From Solirubrobacteraceae bacterium (GTDB lineage Bacteria; Actinomycetota; Thermoleophilia; Solirubrobacterales; Solirubrobacteraceae), in assembly GCA_049581225.1 (NCBI GenBank), contig JBAURN010000139.1:1-62179 (forward strand): 62,179 bases of DNA. The letters run 5' to 3'. Within the stretch, counting starts at the first letter, position 1; each line of letters opens with the position of its first letter. The position numbers were made by a program, and so were the translations under genes. The notes below the pieces were generated by a model, which worked only from the letters and a program-made list of their open reading frames with translations, was not told where the DNA came from and did not search any database. Shown here one piece after another: positions 1 through 8,104 of the stretch.

Positions 1-943
1 TCGGGTGGGCCACCCACAGGAAGTTGGCCTGGCTGTCGCTCACTTCGAAGTGGCGCTGGCGCAGGGCGGTCGTTAGACGCGCGCGCTCCTTGGCCACACG
101 CCTGACCCGCTTCTCGAGCAGCTCCGAGCAGCTGCGCAAGGACTCCAAGGCTCCCGCTTGGGAGATCTCGCTGACGCCCAAGTCGGGCTCGAGCTCGGTG
201 AGCAGCTGCTCCGAGCCCGGGCTGCCGATCGCGTAACCGCACCTCAGGCCCGCCAACCCCCAAGCCTTGGAGAAGCTGCGGAACACCAGCAGTCTCGGAT
301 GCGTCTCCAGCAGTGCCAGTGAGGCGTCCATCGGTTGGGCGTCTGAGAACTCCACGAGCGACTCGTCGAGCAACACGCCCACCGTGTCCGGCAAGCCGCT
401 CAGCAGCCGCTCCAGCTCGCCGGTGGGCAGCAGCTCTCCGGTGGGGTCGTTGGGGCTTGCCAAGGCCACCACGCGCGTGCTCTCGCCGACCGCCTCCAGC
501 AGTGCGTCCACGCCCCCCTGTACGGGTACCGCGCGTCCGTGCGCCCTGCGCGCCATGATCGGGAACAGGGGATAGGAGGGCCACGAGGTGATCAGCTCCT
601 GTCCCGGCTCGATCAGCGCTCTGGTGGCCGCGCTCAAAAGCTCGCCTGCGCCGTTGCCCACGATCACCCGTGCCGGCTCCACCCCGTGGCGTTGGGCCAA
701 GCGTACTCTCAACTGTGAGCCGCGCGTGTGCGGGTAGCGCTGCATCCCGCGCCGCGCCACGAACGTGATCGCGCTGACCACGTCGGGGTGGGGCAGCTCG
801 TGCCAAGTCGTCTGGGAAAGGTCAAGCGTTTGCACGGTGGCCAGCGCCTTGCGTTTGCGCTCGGCTGCCTCCTCGCGAAGACCCTCGTTGACCTCGTCCT
901 CGCTCATCCCCTCGAACTGCTTGTAGTAGTCGAGCAGGCCCAT
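1..943 (-). CDS. Class I/II PLP-dependent aminotransferase, HisC-like (3' end outside window)
   Basis: Manual minus-strand translation from ATG at 943: MGLLDYYKQF...VGNGAGELL...SPNDPTG...FRSFSKAWGLAGLRCGY (PLP-lysine motif); the frame runs off the window edge. Confidence 0.85.
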   Translation of the reverse strand, partial: MGLLDYYKQFEGMSEDEVNEGLREEAAERKRKALATVQTLDLSQTTWHELPHPDVVSAITFVARRGMQRYPHTRGSQLRVRLAQRHGVEPARVIVGNGAGELLSAATRALIEPGQELITSWPSYPLFPIMARRAHGRAVPVQGGVDALLEAVGESTRVVALASPNDPTGELLPTGELERLLSGLPDTVGVLLDESLVEFSDAQPMDASLALLETHPRLLVFRSFSKAWGLAGLRCGYAIGSPGSEQLLTELEPDLGVSEISQAGALESLRSCSELLEKRVRRVAKERARLTTALRQRHFEVSDSQANFLWVAHP

Positions 944-946
944 CGC

Positions 947-1426
947 CTAAGGCTTGTTCCCGGGCATCGAGCTTGAGCCGGGGCCGTGTATGACCACGAA
1001 CCAGAACGAGAACACGGCCGCACACACGGCGGCTGTGATCCCGAAGATGCGAGGCAACACGCCGGTGCGCTGGTCGTGGCCCGCGGCCCTGCGCACCAGG
1101 ATCCAGGCGTTGTCGAGCCGGCGCAGGAGCATCAACGTCCCGAACAGCAACACGAACAGGGCCACAAGCGCGATCAGCACCCCGAAGCTGACGCTGCCCG
1201 TCAAGTAGTTGGCTTGAGCGCTGAGCCACAGACACGCGAGCGGAATCGGCCCCCAGCAGAGCAGGCTGCCTATGACCATCCCCACCAGGAGCAGGCGCGC
1301 CAAGTTGTTGTCCACGCGCTGGCGCGCGCCGCTGCCGCGCTGGGGGAGTGCCCTGAAGCGCGTTGGCGCGGTGCCCGGTCTACGGCCAACGAACAGGCCA
1401 CCGGTCTCGCTGGGATCGCTACGCAT
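947..1426 (-). CDS. Hypothetical membrane protein
   Basis: 159 aa with about 3 hydrophobic helices; packed between co-oriented genes. Confidence 0.7.
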   Translation of the reverse strand: MRSDPSETGGLFVGRRPGTAPTRFRALPQRGSGARQRVDNNLARLLLVGMVIGSLLCWGPIPLACLWLSAQANYLTGSVSFGVLIALVALFVLLFGTLMLLRRLDNAWILVRRAAGHDQRTGVLPRIFGITAAVCAAVFSFWFVVIHGPGSSSMPGNKP

Positions 1427-1457
1427 ACCTTCCCCCTATGTTGGCAGCTATCGGGCT

Positions 1458-3266
1458 TCAGCCCGCGTAAAGCGCGTCGAGGACATCAGCGTACTTCTCG
1501 GCCACCACGTTGCGCTTGACCTTCAACGTCGGCGTCAACTCACCCGTCTCCTGAGTCAGGTCGTGCGGCAGGATCGCAAAGCGCTTGACCTGCTCGACCG
1601 GGGCGTAGCGCTTGTTGGCACGCTCGACCTGCTCGGCGATCATTGCGCGCACCTCCTCCCGCTCGCAAAGCGAGGCGGTGTCCTCGGGCAGGTTGTGCTC
1701 GCGCGCGTAGCCCGCGATCTCTTCCTCGTCGAGCGTCACCAGCACCACCGGGTAGGGCCGCTGGTCGCCGTGCATGACGGCCTGGGAGATCCAGCGGCAC
1801 TGCTTCAGGTCGTTCTCGAGGTTGGCCGGCGTGATGTTCTTGCCGCCGGCGGTGATGATGATGTCCTTCTTGCGTCCCGTGATCGACAGGAAGCCGTCCT
1901 CGTCGAGGGCGCCCAGATCGCCGGTGTGCAGCCAACCGTCCTCGATCGAGCCGAACGAGGCGTCCGCGTTGTTGTGGTAGCCCCGGAAGATGTTCGGGCC
2001 CTTGATCAAGACCTCGCCGTCGTCGGCGATCTTGACTTCGACACCGGGGAAAGGTTTGCCGACGGTCCCGAACTTGTGGTCCTCGAGGGTGCACACCGTG
2101 GCGGCCGTGGCCGTCTCGGTCATCCCATAGCCCTCGAGCACGGGAATCCCGGCGGCCCAGAAGAATTCCAGGATCTCCTTGGCGATTGGGGCGGCTCCAG
2201 TGACCGCGTGTCTGACGTTGCCGCCGAAGATGGCTCGCACGTTCACGAACAGCTTCTCGTCGGCCTCTTGGAAGGGTCCCTTCAGCTCCTCGGGCACATC
2301 CTCGCCTTTGGCTTGCAGCTCGCGCACCTTCATGCCCAGAGCAATCGCCCGCTGCGCTTCCTCCTGCTCCTCGGCGGGCTTGGCTTCCAGGGTGGCGTTG
2401 GCGAGCGTGTAGATCTTCTCGAAGATCCTCGGCACCGACGGCAGGTAGGTCGGTTTGACCTCCATCAGCTCACCCACGATCTGCTTGGTGTCGCCCCCGA
2501 AGTAGGCAATCGTCGCGCCCTGGTCGAAGGCGCCCAGCTGGATCAGAAGCGCGAAAGCGTGCGCGAGGGGGAGGTACAGGTAGATGACCTCGTCGTCCTC
2601 GATCTGGCCGACCGCTTTGAGCATGTCCATCATCGCGGCGTAGTTGCCGTGGCTGAGCACGCAACCCTTCGGCGGGCCCGTCGTGCCGGAGGTGTAGATG
2701 AACGTGAACGAGTCCTCCGGCTTGACCGCGTCGCGGCGCGCCTTCAGCTCGGCGGCGTCGTGCGTGCGACCGCGCTCGCGCACCTCGTCGAGCGAGATCG
2801 ACTCCACCGGTCCCGCGCCGGCCGGCGGGTCGATCGCGATCACCGTCTTCAGATTCGGCAGCTTGTCCTGGATCTCGGCCAGCTTGGCAAGCTGGGTCTC
2901 GTCCTCGGCCACGATCGCGGTGGCGCCCGAGTCGGAGATGACCCACAAGCACTCCTCGGGAGAGTTGGTCTGATAAATGGGCACGACCACCGCGCCGATC
3001 GAAGTGATCGCCATGTCGGCGTATGACCACTCGGGGCGGGTGTTGGCGAGGATGCACACCCGCTCGCCCGGTTCGATGCCCAGGTCGATCATGCCGAGGC
3101 CGATCTCCTGCACGATGTCCGCCACCTCTCGATAGGTGGCGTCCTTCCATTCGCCGTCACGCTTGTAGCGCACGGCGGCGTGCTCGGGGCGCTGCGCGGC
3201 CGAGCGTGCGAGCAGATCGGCGATCGTGCCCGATCCAGTGGACGTCTCTACGGCGCTGGCCTCCAT
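1458..3266 (-). CDS. fadD: Long-chain fatty acid-CoA ligase (AMP-dependent synthetase)
   Basis: YTSGTTGPPKG, EGYGMTE, WLHTGDLG, GRKKDIIITAGGKNI, ELTPTLK motifs; GAGGAG RBS. Confidence 0.93.
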   Translation of the reverse strand: MEASAVETSTGSGTIADLLARSAAQRPEHAAVRYKRDGEWKDATYREVADIVQEIGLGMIDLGIEPGERVCILANTRPEWSYADMAITSIGAVVVPIYQTNSPEECLWVISDSGATAIVAEDETQLAKLAEIQDKLPNLKTVIAIDPPAGAGPVESISLDEVRERGRTHDAAELKARRDAVKPEDSFTFIYTSGTTGPPKGCVLSHGNYAAMMDMLKAVGQIEDDEVIYLYLPLAHAFALLIQLGAFDQGATIAYFGGDTKQIVGELMEVKPTYLPSVPRIFEKIYTLANATLEAKPAEEQEEAQRAIALGMKVRELQAKGEDVPEELKGPFQEADEKLFVNVRAIFGGNVRHAVTGAAPIAKEILEFFWAAGIPVLEGYGMTETATAATVCTLEDHKFGTVGKPFPGVEVKIADDGEVLIKGPNIFRGYHNNADASFGSIEDGWLHTGDLGALDEDGFLSITGRKKDIIITAGGKNITPANLENDLKQCRWISQAVMHGDQRPYPVVLVTLDEEEIAGYAREHNLPEDTASLCEREEVRAMIAEQVERANKRYAPVEQVKRFAILPHDLTQETGELTPTLKVKRNVVAEKYADVLDALYAG

Positions 3267-3439
3267 GATCGCGACTCTCCTCCTCAGTGACCCCTAGTGG
3301 ATCCCCATGATCTTAGGGACTTTGGAGGGCGAGAGCCACGGACACCTGGCTGCTGAGCCAGGCGCTCGAATCAGGTCTTGACTCGCGTCGGCTCGGACAT
3401 CCGAATCGGGCGCTTCTTTGGGCCGGTCAAGTGCTTGGA

Positions 3440-3622
3440 TCAGGTCTTGGGGTGGGCCGTGCCCGGCGGCGAACCGGCGCGGCGGATGCTGGCCATGAAC
3501 AGGCTCTTGTCGATCCGCCCCTTGAAGATCGGGACCCCGTTCTCGACGCACTTGGAGAGCACTTCTTGGCGTTCCAGTCCAGCAGTGCGCGCGAGTTCGG
3601 TCGGGGTGAGATGGTTGGCCAT
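3440..3622 (-). CDS. Small hypothetical protein (60 aa, possible HTH)
   Basis: AGGAGG RBS before ATG at 3622; MANHLTPTELARTAGLERQEVLSKC... Confidence 0.65.
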   Translation of the reverse strand: MANHLTPTELARTAGLERQEVLSKCVENGVPIFKGRIDKSLFMASIRRAGSPPGTAHPKT

Positions 3623-3765
3623 CGTGGAGTCCTCCTGTCGATGTCGTTCGCCTGCCGGTACATATACCCCTTTGGGTGGACGTCCACAAGCGGGAAATTG
3701 CCCCTCCTCTGGTGGTTGCCTCAAAGGTGCCGGCCTCCCCGCGAGGACTCGCGGGCTCGGTCTGG

Positions 3766-4530
3766 CTAGACGGGGTTGGGGATGTCGAGGAAGGTGTGCT
3801 CCAGGCCGAAGCGAGCCGCCAGGTCCTCACCGAGGCGACGCACCCCGAAGGTCTCGGTCGCGTAGTGGCCGGCGGCTATGAAGTGGGTGGCGGTCTCCCG
3901 CGCTTCGCTCATGACCCGCTCGGCCGGTTCGCCGGTCAGGAACGCGTCGGCTTTGGCGACCACGGCGTCAGGAAAGTAGCCGGCGCCGCCGCCTGACACG
4001 ATCGCAAGGCTCCGGACCCGATCGGGCCCGGCGTCGAACAAGAGCGGGGCGCGCGCGGTCAGCTCGGCGACCTTTGCGAACAGGGCCCGCGCCTCGATCC
4101 CCTCGCCCGGGAAGCTGGCAAGCCGGCCGATCGGCTCGCCTTCGTGAGGGGCGAAAGGGGTCGTCGTCTCGGCGCCCAGCGCCTTGGCGATCAGCGCGTT
4201 GTTGCCCACCTCTGGGTGAGCGTCGAGCGGGAGGTGATAGCCGGCCAGGGCCACGTCCGCGTCGAACAGGAGCTTCAGGCGGCGCTTCATGGGGGCGTCG
4301 ATGGAGGCGGCCTTTGAGCCCCAGAAGAGGCCGTGATGGACGATGACCAGGTCCGCGTCCGCTGCGATGGCTTGCTCGAAGAGCTCGGCGCTGGCGGTGA
4401 CGCCGGTGGCGAGCTTGGCAACAGTCGCTTTGCCCGGGACCTGGAGGCCGTTGGGGCAGTAGTCCTTGAAGCGGGTCGGTTCCAGGAGGCTGTCCAGGTG
4501 GGCGACGGCTTCGCTCAGGGTGCACGGCAT
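3766..4530 (-). CDS. Nif3-like dinuclear metal centre protein (YbgI / GTP cyclohydrolase I type 2 family)
   Basis: DYCPNGLQVPG, VHHGLFW, YHLPLDAHPEVGNN, AGHYATE, C-terminal DIPNPV. Confidence 0.93.
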   Translation of the reverse strand: MPCTLSEAVAHLDSLLEPTRFKDYCPNGLQVPGKATVAKLATGVTASAELFEQAIAADADLVIVHHGLFWGSKAASIDAPMKRRLKLLFDADVALAGYHLPLDAHPEVGNNALIAKALGAETTTPFAPHEGEPIGRLASFPGEGIEARALFAKVAELTARAPLLFDAGPDRVRSLAIVSGGGAGYFPDAVVAKADAFLTGEPAERVMSEARETATHFIAAGHYATETFGVRRLGEDLAARFGLEHTFLDIPNPV

Positions 4531-4647
4531 CGGGCGACATTAGCGGGGGCACCGTGAGGAGGGGTGCCGCGGTGGGTTGGGGGTCGGGGCGAGCCCCCGA
4601 GGCTCGGAGGGACGGGAGGCGCGCTTGTGGGATACTGGTGTCTGCGT

Positions 4648-4721
4648 CGGGGCGTGGCGCAGCCTGGTAGCGCGCGCCGTTCGGGTCGGCGAGGTCCCCG
4701 GTTCGAATCCGGGCGCCCCGA
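4648..4721 (+). tRNA. tRNA-Pro (anticodon CGG); CCA not encoded
   Basis: CGGGGCG/CGCCCCG acceptor stem, GCGCAGCCTGGTAGCGC D arm, CGCCG-TTCGGGT-CGGCG anticodon arm, GGTTCGAATCC T loop. Confidence 0.97.
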
Positions 4722-4728
4722 TAAAAAA
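4680..4728 (+). repeat. attL: 49-bp direct repeat, copy 1 (tRNA 3' part plus TAAAAAA)
   Basis: TTCGGGTCGGCGAGGTCCCCGGTTCGAATCCGGGCGCCCCGATAAAAAA identical to 28809-28857. Confidence 0.95.
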
Positions 4729-4751
4729 TCCCTGGAAATCGGGGGTTTTTT
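4723..4751 (+). terminator. Intrinsic terminator after tRNA-Pro
   Basis: AAAAAATCCC-TGGAAATC-GGGGGTTTTTT hairpin with T tract. Confidence 0.65.
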
Positions 4752-5260
4752 CTTGTCCGGAGCGCGCTGTTGACCCTCGCGATTGGGCAGTGAACAGGCA
4801 GTAAGGGCGTTTGTGGGTGTCTCGATCCGGGCCGAAGCGGTTTGTTTGCAGGGTTTTCTGGCCAGTGCGCTGTCTGATGAGTTCGGTGCGGTCCGTGGCT
4901 GCTGATCGCAGCGACGCAAGGGCGTCGGAAGCCCGGGAACTGGGCTCCTTGCAGGACTTTCTTGTCGGTGGTGCTGTCCGACCTGTTCGGCGAGGTCACG
5001 AGTTCGGAGGCGGAGGTGGGCGACGGTGCTTGGTTGTCTCCCTGGATGCTCAACTGCGGGTCCATCCTCTCGATCCGCTAGAAGTTCCACCGTCGGATGT
5101 GCCGCCAGAACCCGGTCGGCTTGGGCAGTTAGTCCCTGTCCAGGCCGACCAGCATTTTCCGTCCGAGCGCAGGCGGAAGATCGACGTGTCGTCATGGGCT
5201 CCGCTTAACTACCGGGCCAGAGCGGCATTTGGCACATCACCGACAATCTAAGGGGCTGTC

Positions 5261-5659
5261 GTGTCTATCTTCTCTCTCGCCGCTGACGTGTGCGGCGCCA
5301 AGCGGCAGGTCTCGGCCGACCATACGCGGGCTGGGATCGTCGTGTTCTTGCTGGTCGACCAGGTCCGTGCCCGCACTGTCGCAGAGGCTGTCAGGATCGC
5401 TGCCCGACAGACCGGGTTGTTCCTGCAAAGGGCTGAGCGTCCTGGCGTTCCATGGGGCTTGCAAGTCAGCGTGGGCGGATTGGTCGCGGTGTACGGCATG
5501 TGGGCGCCGCTGATGGGACCACCCAGCGACGCGTGCCCGCACCCGAGCGAGGCCGCGCGGATCCGCAAACTCTGGCGCGACACCGACGGCCCGCTCGCAG
5601 CCCTGGAGAACGCCTGCAAGATCATCGATGTCTACGCCAGGCACGCTCGGGCCGCTTGA
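5261..5659 (+). CDS. Hypothetical protein
   Basis: 132 aa ORF whose stop lies 1 nt before the GTG of the next gene; no recognised motif. Confidence 0.35.
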   Translation: MSIFSLAADVCGAKRQVSADHTRAGIVVFLLVDQVRARTVAEAVRIAARQTGLFLQRAERPGVPWGLQVSVGGLVAVYGMWAPLMGPPSDACPHPSEAARIRKLWRDTDGPLAALENACKIIDVYARHARAA

Positions 5660-5660
5660 C

Positions 5661-6805
5661 GTGAACTCGCAGATCGAGCACACCCTGCTCATCGATCGGG
5701 CCGCGGCAGCGTCGCAGCCCGACGCGCAGGCCATCCACGACTGGGCCGCCGATCAGCGCGTGTTCATCTTAAGCGTGATCAGCGGCTACAGCGAGTACCG
5801 GGAGGCGGCGGTTGCTGCGGTCGAAGCTTAGGCGCCAAGACCGTGTGGTGGGAGCGATTCGGCGGGCGCGACTCCGACCCTAATGAGGCATACCTAGCCG
5901 AGGTCAGGTCCAGCACGATCTACGTTGGTCTCCTGGGTACCCGATACGGCCGACTCCTCCCAGATCGCTATTCGGCGACGCACCAGGAGTTCCACGAGGC
6001 TGAGCGGGACGGTTTGCGCACGACGGTTTGGGCCCAGGAAGGAGTCGAGCGAGAGGGGCCACAGCAGTCGTTCTTCGACGAGGTACGAGCGTTCGGCGTC
6101 ACCGGGAACTACGGCACACCGGCGGAGTTGCGGAAGCGTCTCGGGACAAGACTGAGGGAAATCGCCGCCGAGGATCTCTCTCCGTGGGTCAAGCTCGGCG
6201 GCCTAATCTTTCGGGCCACCGAGGTCGAGGAGCGGGGCGCAGACATAGTGGTAAGGGCAACGGTCAGGGACCAGGCAGTGATCGCGGCGGTACGGGCTCT
6301 CACTGAGGGTCCCGGCAGGCGGAGCATGCTGCTCAGCTACGCGGACCGCACAGTCATGGCCAACATTCAGACGGTTGCCGGGATCACCCGGGCAGGACGC
6401 GCCGTCGCCTTCGAAATTGGACTCAAGTCCTCGCCCGTCGGGCAGCCCACACGTGTGACCTTCAACGGCATCCCATGGGCAGACCTCAGTAAGCTCGCGG
6501 TTCGTGTCTCGTTCTTTGGTGAGCCCAACCAGCTTGGGATGATGAATCACATGGCATTGTTGCCGAACCCGTTTGCGGCCCTAGCGGAGGCGGCGGTGGC
6601 CGAGGAGGCGATCAGGCCAATCAGTCGCCTCCTCGTCAGCGAGATACTCATCGTTGAGCGGGGCGTCCAGCGTCTCACCACCTTCCAGCTCGGAAAGGAG
6701 ATCAGCGGGCACCGTCGGCTCAAGCTCGGCTGGGAGGAGCCGGCGCTCTACACCAACACCCCGCCCCCCCAGCCGGTCGAGATGCAAGGTGACGTGACCG
6801 TGTAG
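5661..6805 (+). pseudogene. DUF4062-domain protein, frameshifted near 5828
   Basis: RVFILSVISGYSEYREAAVAAVEA joins LGAKTVWWERFG...YLAEVRSSTIYVGLLGTRYG...SATHQEFHEA if one T is added (GAAGCTTAGGC vs GAAGCTTTAGGC). Confidence 0.75.
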
Positions 6806-7381
6806 ACCGTGTCATTGGAGTGACACCCACAGCTGTACTCACTACGACGAGCGTGAGCCGCGGGTCGTGACTGTGTTCCCCGAGTCAGGCGAGACGGTAT
6901 CCGTAGCAACGACGACGATGACCGGTCCGTTGGCACCGTTCTTGTTCTCGAACCTGAGCACGTCCGTTCCAGTAATGACCCGAACGATGTTGCCGACCTC
7001 GTCGTAGAGCACAAGCTCGATATCGGCCGCGCTCCTGACCTCGGCCACGTCGTTGACGGCTCGCGGCTTGCCGCGCGACCCGTAGGTGACGTACGTACCG
7101 TCGTCGTGCTCAACCCGGTAAGGGCCACACGGCCCAAGAAGATCTTGCCAATCGTCAAGCGCTGCTGGTATGCATGCACTCTAACGCTGAAGACTACCTT
7201 CGTCTGCTGGTACTTCGCGCGATTTCCGAGGTTCGGTGGACCTATGCGCAAAATCCACCAACTATCGGAACGGCTCTGCTCGAAGTGCTCGCCCATCATC
7301 GCCACAGCCGACCCGAACGAGGATCACCGCTACATTCTCCGAACGCAAATGAGGGGTGACACCGGACCCGTGGCCGACATT

Positions 7382-8059
7382 TCAGTACCAGATCGCGATT
7401 TGCCGGCCGTTTGCCACCTGCGGGGGGTTAGGGAGGCTGAGAGCATTGCCGCTCGCGATCCTTGTGGCGCTCCACGCCGCGGCTGCCGCGTCGAGTAGAT
7501 CCTCGGCACCGGCATCGCCGATGTCGGTGACCTCCGCCGGGATCACCAGCTGTTGGTCGCGCAGCAAGCGGACTCGCTCGTGAAGGCCGTTCCAGGAAGT
7601 CTTCGTCCATCCGAGATGCCGCCCTGCCATCGCGCAGAAGCTGACCTCGGGGTGCACCTCCCGTATGTCGTCCCGTAATACGACCGCCTCCTCCAGTTCG
7701 AGCACCCGCTCACTCAGCGCATATGCCTGGCGCGAGATCGAGCGGGAACCACCGGTGAGGGCGAGGCATCTCTCCTGTGCCGTGTTGTAGTCGAGCGCGG
7801 CATAGATCTCGCGCGGGTAGGTCGGGAAGACGCTGCTTCTCCGAAGGCCGACGAACTTCCGGGCCTCGGTGTCCGCCTCTCGGCGCTCTGTGCCGCTCGT
7901 CAAGCCGATGGGCATGTCGATCCCGATGGCCGCCATGTCGGAGAGTTCGCTGAGGAGATCGTCGATCCTGGGGGCCACGATGGCGCGCTCGTAGCGGCCG
8001 TCGCGCAGAACGACGGCCACCCACCGCCTCTTCCACACATCGATCCCCGCGACCCACAT
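7382..8059 (-). CDS. DUF429 family predicted nuclease (RNase H-like fold)
   Basis: VAGID, IGIDMPIGL, READ, RRSSVF, EVHPEVSF, DLLDAAAAAWSA, terminal IWY. Confidence 0.85.
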   Translation of the reverse strand: MWVAGIDVWKRRWVAVVLRDGRYERAIVAPRIDDLLSELSDMAAIGIDMPIGLTSGTERREADTEARKFVGLRRSSVFPTYPREIYAALDYNTAQERCLALTGGSRSISRQAYALSERVLELEEAVVLRDDIREVHPEVSFCAMAGRHLGWTKTSWNGLHERVRLLRDQQLVIPAEVTDIGDAGAEDLLDAAAAAWSATRIASGNALSLPNPPQVANGRQIAIWY

Positions 8060-8104
8060 TTACGCGACGCTACAGAACGAGACCGTCTTCCAGGGAAGCC
8101 GACA

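Noticed and set aside
1272..3026. Long antisense ORFs (also 25101-26291, 23576-24580, 3968-5065 and others)
   Set aside because: Shadow frames of real genes or the tRNA in high-GC DNA; no motifs
3664..3679. ATACCC-CTTT-GGGTGG, resembling a CsoR operator
   Set aside because: Imperfect half-site and no copper genes adjacent
6748..7305. Minus-strand ORFs of 185 and 68 aa
   Set aside because: No recognisable domain or convincing start; possibly a degraded gene
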